From positions 27,770 through 91,769 of the forward strand of contig DATEAH010000006.1 of NCBI GenBank assembly GCA_035288465.1: DNA of 64,000 bases, in the 5' to 3' direction. This DNA comes from Patescibacteria group bacterium (GTDB lineage Bacteria > Patescibacteriota > UBA1384 > DATEAH01). The notes beneath the pieces are model-generated. The model was not told the DNA's origin, did no database searches, and saw only the letters and a list, made by a program, of their open reading frames with translations. Below, piece by piece: positions 19,737 to 29,349 of the stretch. The translations under genes and the position numbers were made by a program. Numbering within the stretch: the stretch's first letter is position 1; each line of letters begins with the position of its first letter.

Positions 19737-20933
19737 TTGGGGGGGGCTTTGAAAAAATCAACGAAAATCATTTTAATCGCTTCTGGAACAGTAATATTAG
19801 TAAGCGTTATTTTGATTGTGATTTTTGCCTATATTTCAAAGGCTAGCCCAAACACACCAGAACCAGGACAGCCGAATTTAAAACTACCACCAAAACCTAC
19901 AAATGTTAAAGCCGAGCTGGTTAATGTCCCGGGTAAGGGAAAAGCCATTTATATAACATGGGAAGCGCCTGAAACATACAATATTACTATTACAACATCT
20001 ACACCGACTCTTCCTTCTCGCCCTGGCGAAGGCACCACGCCTCAACAAACCCCAAAAACATATGATTATCATTTTGAAGTTACCATAAACAAAACTTCGC
20101 TTTTTAATGGAAAACCTCAAATTGTAGATGGAATTGTGCCCAGGGACCAAGAAGGTGCTTTTAAAATTGGGAAAAATCGATTTAGATATCAACATTTTAT
20201 TACTTACTCGGATCGAGAACAAAGTTATGGTGTTACAACTATTGCCTCCGGGCAAATCGCCGGATTATATGATAGACCAAATTCTATACCCGTTTATACA
20301 TCTTATAAACCCACCAACCAATCAGATGATGACCTTGCCCGCAATTTAGCCCAAAAATACAGCCAAGCCTGTTCGGATCTTAACGAATTATATAAACCAA
20401 GCAATCGTTCAAAATATTGGTATGATGTCAGCAAAGCCGAAGCCCGGATTCAAGCATTTATTGGAGGCAGTGGTACTGCAATTACCCCATCTGAATTAAC
20501 CGAAGATGGCATTAAATTATATTATCAATTGCAAAATGAGGTTGCAGACGCGAATGCTAATTTAAACGAGCTAAGCGGACGAGGTTGGGATGATGCACAT
20601 TCATTTCCAAGTATCGCAATGTGCGGACCAAGACAGGTGAATATTACAACTTTTGGCAAGATGAAGGAAGAATTAGCAATTTTATCCAAGTCTGCACCTG
20701 GTGCGGGACCAAGTGCTGGAGTAGTTACGGGCGGCAGTGATTGCACACAAAGCAACTTATTAGAAAAAATTAGCTGCGATATTGTTACGGGAATTCTTAA
20801 TTTTTTAGCCCAATCCTTTGATTTTGCTTTAAATTTGGTCAAAGATTGGTCAGGTATTTCAGATTCTCCGGCAACAACCCCAACAACCTCGCCTATACCA
20901 ACTCCCTCCACAGCCCCATCTACTACTCCCTAA
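19737..20933 (+). CDS. Membrane-anchored secreted protein with Ser/Thr/Pro-rich C-terminus
   Basis: An N-terminal TM, a Pro-rich linker and an STP-rich tail (TTPTTSPIPTPSTAPSTTP). TTG start; an alternative TTG at 19749 would give MKKSTKIIL. Confidence 0.45.
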   Translation: MGGALKKSTKIILIASGTVILVSVILIVIFAYISKASPNTPEPGQPNLKLPPKPTNVKAELVNVPGKGKAIYITWEAPETYNITITTSTPTLPSRPGEGTTPQQTPKTYDYHFEVTINKTSLFNGKPQIVDGIVPRDQEGAFKIGKNRFRYQHFITYSDREQSYGVTTIASGQIAGLYDRPNSIPVYTSYKPTNQSDDDLARNLAQKYSQACSDLNELYKPSNRSKYWYDVSKAEARIQAFIGGSGTAITPSELTEDGIKLYYQLQNEVADANANLNELSGRGWDDAHSFPSIAMCGPRQVNITTFGKMKEELAILSKSAPGAGPSAGVVTGGSDCTQSNLLEKISCDIVTGILNFLAQSFDFALNLVKDWSGISDSPATTPTTSPIPTPSTAPSTTP

Positions 20934-20961
20934 ATTAATAATTTATTTAAATTAATATAAT

Positions 20962-23589
20962 ATGAATAAAACCAAAAAGATTTTTCTAATTTATTTAATT
21001 ATTTTTATGCTTTCTATTTTTATTTTACCGAAAGCAATCTTTGCACAAAGTTCAGCGGATAACCAGCAGAATGCCAACCAAACAAATACCACTAATTCTA
21101 CAAATTCCACCAATCCTCTCCCGGGTACGGTTGTCACTGGATCAAACGACCCAACAGCCGCCGAACATCGCAGCCTTTCGACACAATTAAGGAAAAATAA
21201 TTTTATTAAAGAAGCTTGGAAGTATGTTTTAGCCCTTTTAAATGCTGTCGTAGTTTTAGGTTTAATTTTTATCGCCTTGGCTAATATGTTGAGAATTAAT
21301 GTTGAAACATATGAAATCAGGCGAATGCTACCGGCAATTATTATCGGTGTAATTTTAGCGAACTTTAGCTATTTAATTTGCCGAGTAATGGTTGATTTTA
21401 CCCAGGTGTTAGCTGACTTTTTTATTAAAGGCGTTACCGGCCAAGATCTTTTGGTTGTTTTTGGTTTCGCGGATTTGGCGCCGGGTGATACTGCACCAAC
21501 TGTGGGGACAATGCTTAAAGTTTTAATGGCATTTAACATTGGCGGCGGGGTTATTACAGGTGTTGCGACTGGCGGTTTAGGCGGAGCACTTTTTATCATT
21601 GGTGGCGCTTTTTTAATTATTGGGGTACCATTTTTATTAATTTTGTTTATTGGTTTGTTGTTGGCAGTTCGAATTTATATGATTTGGGCATTAGTAATCT
21701 TGTCGCCAATCGCCTTTTTCGGCTTATTTTTTACGCCAATAACTAAATTCACTTGGCAAACCTGGTGGAGCATGTTTGTACGCTGGATCTTTTTTGCCCC
21801 GTTTTCTTTTGTTTTTATTAAATTAGCAACAATTGTGGCTAAATCCAGCTGGCCTGAGGGCTCTGGCCCAGGTTTTGCAAAATGGTTTTTTGGGGTAGTG
21901 CTTTTTGCTTTAGCAATTTATATTCCCTATATGCTCGGTGGGAAAATCGTTTCCGGCTGGACCGGTTTATGGAAAAGCGCCGCTAGATACGGCGCAATCG
22001 GGTTAGATAAAGGTAGAAAAGGGGTTGGGGCCTGGGTTACTGGCAGATATAAAGACGAAAATAGGTGGCAAAATAAATTTGGAAAGGCTTTAATGTTTAG
22101 CCCATCAGTTGTTTGGGCTGATAGAGTAAAACAGTCGCAAAAAGACGTTGAATTAGCAACGCGCACCGGTCCACTCAGATCCATCGGAGGAAAGAGATCT
22201 TTAACTGAAACAAGAATTGGGTTTGGAGAAGCAATGGCCGGCAAAGATCTTGCATTATCAGAAAGTATTTTTACTGCTGCACCAACGAGAAACCCAAATG
22301 TCAATAGGTCGGGAATTGATGAATACATCCAAAACAAAGCAGCTAACCCCAAATATCAACTTGCCGGCGACGATGCAATATTAATTGCTGGAGAATCATG
22401 GATAGGCGAAGCGAAAAGGCAAGCGCAACAAGGAGAAGCTAATGCTCAAACTTTAATGTGGCGCCATTTTAATAATGCTGGGGTTGATTTAAATAATCCC
22501 CTCACCAAACAACAGGAAAAAAACCAGTTCTTAAAAGAAGCCAAGGAATCCTATGACGCTGGCTATAAACGGACCCAATCGGTTGCGGGAACTGTTATTG
22601 GACAAGTTGAACCACCTCCGGGCGGTGGACCCATAGCTGGTGGTCCGGGTGGTCCCGAAGGTCCATCAACTCTACCAAATTTTAATAAGGAATTAGAAAT
22701 TTCCGAACCATTAAGGGTTCATCTTCAACCTGAGATAGAAAGCGGCAGATTAAAACTAAGTGATGTCAGAGCCGCTATTAGAGAACTGGAAAATCCATTG
22801 GCAGGAGACTCAAGCTTTGTAATGAATAGGGCTTTTAGTTTTGTCCAAAGATATACCCCGACCGAAAAAGTTGAAATCGGACACTTAAAAGGAAATCGAG
22901 AAGAATTGCTTAAACATTTACAAAATATGGAAAGTTTGGGAAGAGCGATTAAAGATAATCCTGGGGTAACCCCGGAAGTCATTAAACAAAAACATTTAAT
23001 AAACTTAACGCAAGACTGGGATGTTGGGCAAATTCATGATACAATTTCGGGTGCAACTCAAGGAAAAACCCCTGAAGGAATCCGGGCTGCTTTAAATGAA
23101 GATACATTAAAAGTACCGTTAAAACAGAAAGTTTTGACATATTTAACTACCTCGGGTGTAGGTGTCGAACAAGCCAAAAAACAACTTGATGCAACTTATG
23201 GTGATCTGGTTGATAATCTAAGCAAGTTACCTGCAGGAAGAACAACTCGTAGCGCAACCTCTGAAATATTATTAAGATATACAAAACCTACTCTAAAAGT
23301 TACTGAAACACCTGGTCCTGCTCCAATTCCCAATAAACCTGCTGCTCCCGCCTCTGCATCAACACAAGCTCCCGGCGCTCCCGGTGGCACTGCTCCTGCC
23401 ACGTCAGCAAAAACCAACCCTACCAATTCTGCGGCTCCTGAAGTTAGCGGCAAAACACCTTTCACCGATAAAGATATTGAGAATTTAACGAACCAGATTA
23501 ATGTTGAGCGTGCATCTGGTAATTTCGAAAAGTCTTATCAGCTAACAGAAACTAGAAATAAAATGATTGAAGAAAGAAAAATGAAATAA
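20962..23589 (+). CDS. Large polytopic membrane protein with Asn-rich signal region and a roughly 550 aa C-terminal domain; VirB6/ConG-like by architecture
   Basis: A signal peptide, at least 6 TM helices between aa 90-330, then a soluble domain ending in a Pro/Ala-rich tail. The call rests on topology and T4SS gene context only. Confidence 0.35.
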   Translation: MNKTKKIFLIYLIIFMLSIFILPKAIFAQSSADNQQNANQTNTTNSTNSTNPLPGTVVTGSNDPTAAEHRSLSTQLRKNNFIKEAWKYVLALLNAVVVLGLIFIALANMLRINVETYEIRRMLPAIIIGVILANFSYLICRVMVDFTQVLADFFIKGVTGQDLLVVFGFADLAPGDTAPTVGTMLKVLMAFNIGGGVITGVATGGLGGALFIIGGAFLIIGVPFLLILFIGLLLAVRIYMIWALVILSPIAFFGLFFTPITKFTWQTWWSMFVRWIFFAPFSFVFIKLATIVAKSSWPEGSGPGFAKWFFGVVLFALAIYIPYMLGGKIVSGWTGLWKSAARYGAIGLDKGRKGVGAWVTGRYKDENRWQNKFGKALMFSPSVVWADRVKQSQKDVELATRTGPLRSIGGKRSLTETRIGFGEAMAGKDLALSESIFTAAPTRNPNVNRSGIDEYIQNKAANPKYQLAGDDAILIAGESWIGEAKRQAQQGEANAQTLMWRHFNNAGVDLNNPLTKQQEKNQFLKEAKESYDAGYKRTQSVAGTVIGQVEPPPGGGPIAGGPGGPEGPSTLPNFNKELEISEPLRVHLQPEIESGRLKLSDVRAAIRELENPLAGDSSFVMNRAFSFVQRYTPTEKVEIGHLKGNREELLKHLQNMESLGRAIKDNPGVTPEVIKQKHLINLTQDWDVGQIHDTISGATQGKTPEGIRAALNEDTLKVPLKQKVLTYLTTSGVGVEQAKKQLDATYGDLVDNLSKLPAGRTTRSATSEILLRYTKPTLKVTETPGPAPIPNKPAAPASASTQAPGAPGGTAPATSAKTNPTNSAAPEVSGKTPFTDKDIENLTNQINVERASGNFEKSYQLTETRNKMIEERKMK

Positions 23590-23619
23590 AATAATACAAT
23601 AAAAAGAAAAGGAATAAAT

Positions 23620-24309
23620 ATGTTTAGATTATTTGGTGGTGGTCGCGGACCAGAGGGTATGCCAGACCATTCAACTGTCGGGCCAGAAGCTGAAAGATCC
23701 AATACGCCACCTCAACCTCCCCAAGATACTCCACAAACCCTAGACCCTTCTGAACCCTCAATAACAAATCAACCAGAAACAGGAGAAAATATTTTTATAG
23801 CTGTTCCCAAAGAATTAGCGCAAGAAGTTTTACCTACCATTCAATATATTTACAAAAATAATATAGATAAATTTATATTAAAAAGAAGCCACGATCCAAT
23901 CGCTACATTATTAAATCCGGAGCGAATTAAATCCGCAGGAGAAGAAAGACGGATCGACCAACTCGCTGAGGAAAAAATTACCAAAGGCGAAGCCGAAAAC
24001 CTCGATGAAGCAAGACAAAAATTACTTTATGAACATATTTATGCACCACCGATGGCTCAGCATCTTGATCAATTAAGACGAGGATTAGGCGCAGAAGAGA
24101 AAATAAATTTAACTTTTTTGACGGACAATTTACAAAGCCGGTTTGATCATGAAGATGGAGTAGCAAAGGGCGATCTAAAACACTGGAGTTACGAAAAACA
24201 CGGAGGAAAGGGTCCATCAAAAGAAACGGTCAAAAAATCCGAAAAAGAACGCGATAAAATGGATCGATTTTTAAAGGAATTGGCTAAGTTAATTCCGCCT
24301 AAATCATAA
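23620..24309 (+). CDS. Hypothetical protein
   Basis: A 229 aa ORF with a Pro-rich N-terminus and no recognisable motif. Confidence 0.4.
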   Translation: MFRLFGGGRGPEGMPDHSTVGPEAERSNTPPQPPQDTPQTLDPSEPSITNQPETGENIFIAVPKELAQEVLPTIQYIYKNNIDKFILKRSHDPIATLLNPERIKSAGEERRIDQLAEEKITKGEAENLDEARQKLLYEHIYAPPMAQHLDQLRRGLGAEEKINLTFLTDNLQSRFDHEDGVAKGDLKHWSYEKHGGKGPSKETVKKSEKERDKMDRFLKELAKLIPPKS

Positions 24310-24319
24310 GAGGAAGAAA

Positions 24320-25090
24320 ATGAATATATCGCCAGAAATGTCGCCAGAATTATTATCCCATGAAGGAAAACCAGTCTTTGCTGATTCACCAGAAACAGGT
24401 GATAATAGGTTAAAGATTGAATTCGCGGGGTTTGACCATGAAAAAGCCCCCATCAACGAATCGGAAATTAAAGATAAAGTTGCATGGCTAAAAGATGGCT
24501 TAGACAAAGAAGATCTCCAACCAGGATTGGTTGAGACTCTAATTAGCAAAATAGAATATAATCCTGTTCAAGTAGAAATTGATGAAAAATATGGTCTTGA
24601 GGGTAATGGGGCGCCTCATAAAGCTGCTGCATATTGTTATTTCATGGAAGGCAAAATTGTTTTTTATGACGCAGTTGCAAGTTGTAAAAGTTTTAATTAT
24701 ATTTTAGCCCACGAATTCGGTCATTTGGTTGCGACCCAAACCATGACCGAACCAGCCCGAGCCACATATTTAGCCAAGCGTGCCGATTTGTTGGCACAAG
24801 GAAAAATCCAAGACACGAGATATGTTGCCGGCATGAACGAAGATCTCAAGGATGGCGAAAGATTGGCTGAAGATTTCGCCTTATTAATGACTGATCAAAA
24901 AATGAATCGGGAATTAAGTCAGGCCCTAAAAGAAGCTATCAGGTCCAATTCGGCCGAACAAACTAAAATTAATTTACAAGCATCAATCGAGCGAGCCAAA
25001 AATATTCCTGACCAAGATAAACGTTTTGAAGATTCAAGTTTGATGGGAAGTTTAGAATATCCACGCAAGAAAAAACCCGGCGAAATATAA
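24320..25090 (+). CDS. Putative zinc metallopeptidase-like protein (HExxH)
   Basis: Contains ILAHEFGHLVATQ. No signal peptide is evident. Confidence 0.35.
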   Translation: MNISPEMSPELLSHEGKPVFADSPETGDNRLKIEFAGFDHEKAPINESEIKDKVAWLKDGLDKEDLQPGLVETLISKIEYNPVQVEIDEKYGLEGNGAPHKAAAYCYFMEGKIVFYDAVASCKSFNYILAHEFGHLVATQTMTEPARATYLAKRADLLAQGKIQDTRYVAGMNEDLKDGERLAEDFALLMTDQKMNRELSQALKEAIRSNSAEQTKINLQASIERAKNIPDQDKRFEDSSLMGSLEYPRKKKPGEI

Positions 25091-25179
25091 AAACAGGTTA
25101 TAGCTTTTAGGTTTCAGTTTCTAGAAAAAACCAAAAACCGACAACTATAAGCTAGCAAATAGAATCTAAAAAGGGAAAT

Positions 25180-25686
25180 ATGCAATTTGAGGTGCCGCAA
25201 AAAATTGATTTAGAAGACAAGGTAATCGGACCACTAACTTTAAAGCAGTTCTTTTATCTTTTGGCAGGTGGGATGCTTGATTATATTTGGTTTCGATTTT
25301 TCAGTTTTGCTATTTTCGTGATTTTGGCTTTGCCCACCACCGCCTTTTTTGTGGCCATGGCTTTGGCTCGAGTTCAAGATCAGCCTTTTCCAAAATTTTT
25401 AGGCAGTTTAGTTTTATATACCCTGCGACCAAAACAAAGAACCTGGGGTCGAGGCGCTCCCCTGCCAAAATTAATGGTGCGAACACCAAAATTAAAACAA
25501 GAGATCCAACCAGAAACTAAAAAAATGTCACCCGGGGAACTTGAAAAATTGGCGACAATCTTAGATACTAAAGGTTGGGACAAGGGTGAACCCGAGATGA
25601 AAGAAAGGGTAGTTTCACAGCCCGAAGCTCGTCCCAAACTTAATGTAGAGACGAATTCAAAATTAAAAAATCAAAATGCAAAATGA
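25180..25686 (+). CDS. Small two-TM membrane protein, possible VirB3/PrgI-like
   Basis: A 168 aa ORF with a hydrophobic hairpin (FFSFAIFVILALPTTAFFVAMALA) located just upstream of the VirB4 homolog. This is inference from context. Confidence 0.3.
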   Translation: MQFEVPQKIDLEDKVIGPLTLKQFFYLLAGGMLDYIWFRFFSFAIFVILALPTTAFFVAMALARVQDQPFPKFLGSLVLYTLRPKQRTWGRGAPLPKLMVRTPKLKQEIQPETKKMSPGELEKLATILDTKGWDKGEPEMKERVVSQPEARPKLNVETNSKLKNQNAK

Positions 25687-26050
25687 TAATGAAAATTTTA
25701 AAAATGAATTCAAAAAAAGACTATACTGTTTTGTCTTAAGGCTAATCAAATTTATAGAAAGTCTGTCAAAAAATGATATAGTTTGTAAAACTATTGGTAG
25801 CCAATTACTTAGAAGCGGAACAAGTATTTTAGCAAATTTTGTAGAGGCTAAATCCGCCAGCTCCAAAAGAGATTTTATTAATTTCTTTACGCATTCATTA
25901 AAATCCGCCAATGAATCAAAAATGTGGTTATGTTTATTAAAAGATACGGACAGAGGAAATAAAAACGAATTAAAATTTCTTCTTAAAGAATTAACTGAAA
26001 TATCAAAAGTAATCGCTTCGAGCATATTAACCCTTAAGGGTAAAAAATAA
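25676..26050 (+). CDS. Four-helix-bundle protein (Avd-like family), paralog 2
   Basis: Contains QLLRSGTSILANFVEAKSASSKRDFINFFTHSLKSANESKMWL. It overlaps the preceding gene by 11 nt. Confidence 0.7.
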   Translation: MQNDNENFKNEFKKRLYCFVLRLIKFIESLSKNDIVCKTIGSQLLRSGTSILANFVEAKSASSKRDFINFFTHSLKSANESKMWLCLLKDTDRGNKNELKFLLKELTEISKVIASSILTLKGKK

Positions 26051-26136
26051 TTTTGAATTTTAAACTGTCACTTTGATTTTTACATTTTGCAGTTTGAATT
26101 ATGGAAGTATAAACAACAATAACATAAAGAGGGGCA

Positions 26137-26916
26137 ATGACTAGTTCTAGTTCTGGATTTGGTTCAAATTCGAAGCAGGCGCAGAAGAAAAAAGAAACTA
26201 CCCAGGCTCATTTGCCGATCGCCGAGATTCGAAATGGCTGCGTGGTTTTAAAAGACGGCAGTTTGCGTTTGGTGCTTTTGGTTTCCACTATTAATTTTGA
26301 CCTGAAAAACGAGGACGAGCAAAACGCCCTGGTTTATGCATATCAGAATTTTTTGAATTCCCTGACTTTCCCAATCCAAATTGTGATGCAATCGCGACGA
26401 ATTGATTTGTCGGGCTATTTATCAGAGTTAAGCGCCAGATTGCCGCAAATCGAAAATCCCCTTTTACAGCTTCAGATTGAAGATTATTCAGCGTTTATTC
26501 AAAAATTAATTACTGTCGCCAATATTATGAATAAAAAGTTTTTTATCGTCATCCCTTTTTTCCCGCCAGCCCTGAAACAAACGGCTGGTTTTTGGGAAAA
26601 AGCTAAATCTGCGATCACGGCGCAAGAACCAGTCATTGACATGACTCATTTTGAAGAATACCGCAAAGAATTGATCCAGCGGGCACAAGCAGCCGCTTCC
26701 GGATTAGCGGCTTTAGGTTTGCGAGCAATTCAACTGACAACTCAAGAATTAATTGAATTATATTACCAAAGTTATAACCCAGAATTGGCGGTCCGTGAAA
26801 AATTAATCCCGATTGAGCAATTATCCGCGGCGGTCAGCCAAAGCCGAGACCAAACGCCACCAAGCTCACCACCAACCAACAATTACGGACAAGGTCCAGC
26901 CGCCAATAAGCAGTAA
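26137..26916 (+). CDS. VirB4/TrbE-like N-terminal domain protein (split VirB4, part 1)
   Basis: LPIAEIRNGCVVLKDGSLRLVLLVSTINFDLKNEDEQNALVYAYQNFLNSL resembles the VirB4 N-terminal region (…vLKDGS…e…g.~fe…). Confidence 0.45.
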   Translation: MTSSSSGFGSNSKQAQKKKETTQAHLPIAEIRNGCVVLKDGSLRLVLLVSTINFDLKNEDEQNALVYAYQNFLNSLTFPIQIVMQSRRIDLSGYLSELSARLPQIENPLLQLQIEDYSAFIQKLITVANIMNKKFFIVIPFFPPALKQTAGFWEKAKSAITAQEPVIDMTHFEEYRKELIQRAQAAASGLAALGLRAIQLTTQELIELYYQSYNPELAVREKLIPIEQLSAAVSQSRDQTPPSSPPTNNYGQGPAANKQ

Positions 26917-26974
26917 ACATCCGCCAGCTGGCGGAAACAGACAGCAATCATCAATTACCAATCAAATCTTAAGT

Positions 26975-27056
26975 ATCAAATTCTAAACCGTTTGGAATTT
27001 GAAAATTTAAATTTTAAAAATTGTTTAGAAATTAGGATTTAGAGATTAGAATTTAA
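26975..27056. repeat. MITE-like palindromic repeat copy R4, between the two VirB4 parts
   Basis: Contains ttgtttagaaattaggatttagagattagaattt. It is flanked by GC-rich palindromes ccgccagctggcgg (26922-26935) and aagcccccatgggctt (27058-27073). Confidence 0.55.
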
Positions 27057-27084
27057 CAAGCCCCCATGGGCTTGAAGGAGCTGA

Positions 27085-28860
27085 ATGCCATTTTTAGGAG
27101 ATTTAAGATCAGGTCAAAAATCAGGCACGGAAAAAACCTATCGAGAAGGCTTGGCTTCGGTATTGGATTTAATTGCACCGGGCGATTTTATTGTCACCCC
27201 AAATTATCTGCAAATTAACCAATATTATGTGAAGACTTTATTTGTCTATACATACCCGCGATATTTATACACTAATTGGCTTTCGCCGGTCATCACTTAT
27301 GACGTCACCATGGATTTAGGCATGTTTGTTTATCCGGTGGAAAGCCGTAAAGCCTTAGAGGATTTAAAAAACCGGATTGGGCAGATGGAATCGGCATACC
27401 GAATGGAAAAAGAAAAAGGCTTGGTATCAGATCCTGAATTAGAAACCGCTATGCAAGATGTCGAGTCGTTACGATTTGCCCTACAAAAAGGCGAAGTTAA
27501 ACTTTTCAAGTTTTCACTTTATTTTACGATTTTTGCCAAAACTCCCGAGGAATTAGAAACCGTCACCCAACAACTCGAGAGCCATTTGGGCGGCAAATTG
27601 ATTTACACCAAGCCGGCATTTTTGCAAATGGAAGAAGGCTTTCACTCCACCTTGGCTTTGGGCTTAGATAATATTATGATTACTCAGAATTTGGACACCG
27701 GTTCGGTTTCTTCTACTTTTCCTTTTACCTCAACTGAATTGACCTCAAATGACGGCATTTTATACGGCATTAACCGCCACAACAATTCGCTGATTTTATT
27801 TGACCGCTTTGCTCTGGAAAACGCCAACATGGTGGTTTTTGGCAAGTCAGGCGGCGGTAAAAGCTACGCGATTAAATTAGAAGCGTTGCGGTCTTTGATG
27901 TGGGGTACGGACGTGATTGTCATTGACCCAGAAGATGAATACCGCAAATTAGCCGAATCCGTGGGCGGCACTTATTTAGAAATTTCGGTTAAATCCAAAC
28001 AGCGCATCAATCCGTTTGATCTGCCGAAAATTTCTGAAAATGAAACCGGCGAAGACGTTTTGCGGGAAGCGGTGGTTTCCGCGCATGGTTTGATTAACTT
28101 GATGGTTGGCGGTTTAACACCGGCCGAAGATGCACTGTTGGATCGCGCTTTGTTTGAAACCTATGCAATTAAGGATATTACCGTAGATCCGGTTTCACAT
28201 AAGAATCCCCCACCACTCTTGACGGATCTGCACAATGTGTTGAAAAATATGCGCGGTGCGGAAAATATTGTTTACAAGTTATCCAAATATACCGAAGGTT
28301 CATTTGCCGGCTTATTCAACCAGCCCACAAATGTGAATTTAGGCTCAGGATTTATTGATTTTTCGATTAAAAACTTGGAAGACCAGCTGCGCCCAGTCGG
28401 AATGTATTTGATTTTGAATTTTATTTGGCAAAAGGTCAAGTCTGAGATGCGTCGCCGAATTCTGATTGTTGATGAGGCGTGGTGGATGATGCAATACGAA
28501 GACTCAGCGCAATTTTTGTCAGGTTTGTGCCGGCGAGCCCGAAAATATTATTTGGGCGTCTCGGTGATTTCTCAAGATGTGGAAGATTTTTTGGCGAATA
28601 AATATGGCAAAGTGATTGTGAGCAACTCTGCTTTGCAGTTATTGTTAAAACAGTCACCGGCATCGATTGATAAAATTTGCGAGGTTTTTAATCTTACCGA
28701 AGGTGAAAAGTTTCTAATTTTAGAAGCCGACGTTGGCGAAGGGTTATTTTTTGCCGGTTTAAATCATGTCGCGATTAAGGTTATTGGTTCATATACCGAA
28801 GACCAAATTATTACTTCTGATCCGAAACAGATTCTGGCGATGCGGGGCAAAGCCGCGTAG
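27085..28860 (+). CDS. VirB4/TrbE-family conjugation-type ATPase (split VirB4, part 2)
   Basis: Walker A VVFGKSGGGKSYAI and Walker B RRILIVDEAWWMM at a size of 591 aa. Preceded by an AAGGAG SD. Confidence 0.7.
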   Translation: MPFLGDLRSGQKSGTEKTYREGLASVLDLIAPGDFIVTPNYLQINQYYVKTLFVYTYPRYLYTNWLSPVITYDVTMDLGMFVYPVESRKALEDLKNRIGQMESAYRMEKEKGLVSDPELETAMQDVESLRFALQKGEVKLFKFSLYFTIFAKTPEELETVTQQLESHLGGKLIYTKPAFLQMEEGFHSTLALGLDNIMITQNLDTGSVSSTFPFTSTELTSNDGILYGINRHNNSLILFDRFALENANMVVFGKSGGGKSYAIKLEALRSLMWGTDVIVIDPEDEYRKLAESVGGTYLEISVKSKQRINPFDLPKISENETGEDVLREAVVSAHGLINLMVGGLTPAEDALLDRALFETYAIKDITVDPVSHKNPPPLLTDLHNVLKNMRGAENIVYKLSKYTEGSFAGLFNQPTNVNLGSGFIDFSIKNLEDQLRPVGMYLILNFIWQKVKSEMRRRILIVDEAWWMMQYEDSAQFLSGLCRRARKYYLGVSVISQDVEDFLANKYGKVIVSNSALQLLLKQSPASIDKICEVFNLTEGEKFLILEADVGEGLFFAGLNHVAIKVIGSYTEDQIITSDPKQILAMRGKAA

Positions 28861-28907
28861 CGACTTCAAACTCTAAGCACGAAACTCTAATTACTAAACA
28901 AACTACA

Positions 28908-29273
28908 ATGACACAAATTTCAAATAACAAACAATACGATTTGGAAGATAGAACACTTAAGTTTGCCAAAACTATTATCCGGTTTATTAACAAATTACCC
29001 AAAACTATTTCTAATATTGAAATTGCCAGACAACTAATTAGATCTGCGGGTTCAATTGGTGCAAACTATATTGAAGCTAACGAGTCGTTAAGCAAAAAAG
29101 ATTTTATTATGAGAATAAAAATTTGTAAAAAAGAAGCGAAGGAAAGTCGTTATTGGCTCAATTTGATTGAAATAATTAAAAACCCCGAATTAGATGAAGA
29201 AAGATTAAACTATCTTCAAGAAACTACTGAATTGATGAAAATTTTTGGTTCAATATTAGAAAAAATAAAATAA
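28908..29273 (+). CDS. Four-helix-bundle protein (Avd-like family), paralog 3
   Basis: Contains QLIRSAGSIGANYIEANESLSKKDFIMRIKICKKEAKESRYWL. Confidence 0.7.
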   Translation: MTQISNNKQYDLEDRTLKFAKTIIRFINKLPKTISNIEIARQLIRSAGSIGANYIEANESLSKKDFIMRIKICKKEAKESRYWLNLIEIIKNPELDEERLNYLQETTELMKIFGSILEKIK

Positions 29274-29280
29274 TTTTTTG

Positions 29281-29345
29281 GGATTTTGGAAAATTAATAT
29301 TTATTATTTGTTTAGAATTTAGATATTATAATTTAGGATTTAACT
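29281..29345. repeat. MITE-like repeat copy R6
   Basis: atttgtttagaatttagatattataatttaggatttaac is similar to the right arm of the other copies. Confidence 0.45.
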
Positions 29346-29349
29346 TACA

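Noticed and set aside
19287-29273. Diversity-generating retroelement suggested by the Avd-like 4HB genes
   Set aside because: No reverse-transcriptase-like ORF (no YxDD motif) and no obvious template/variable repeat pair were found in the window. The 4HB genes are therefore reported only as a paralog family.
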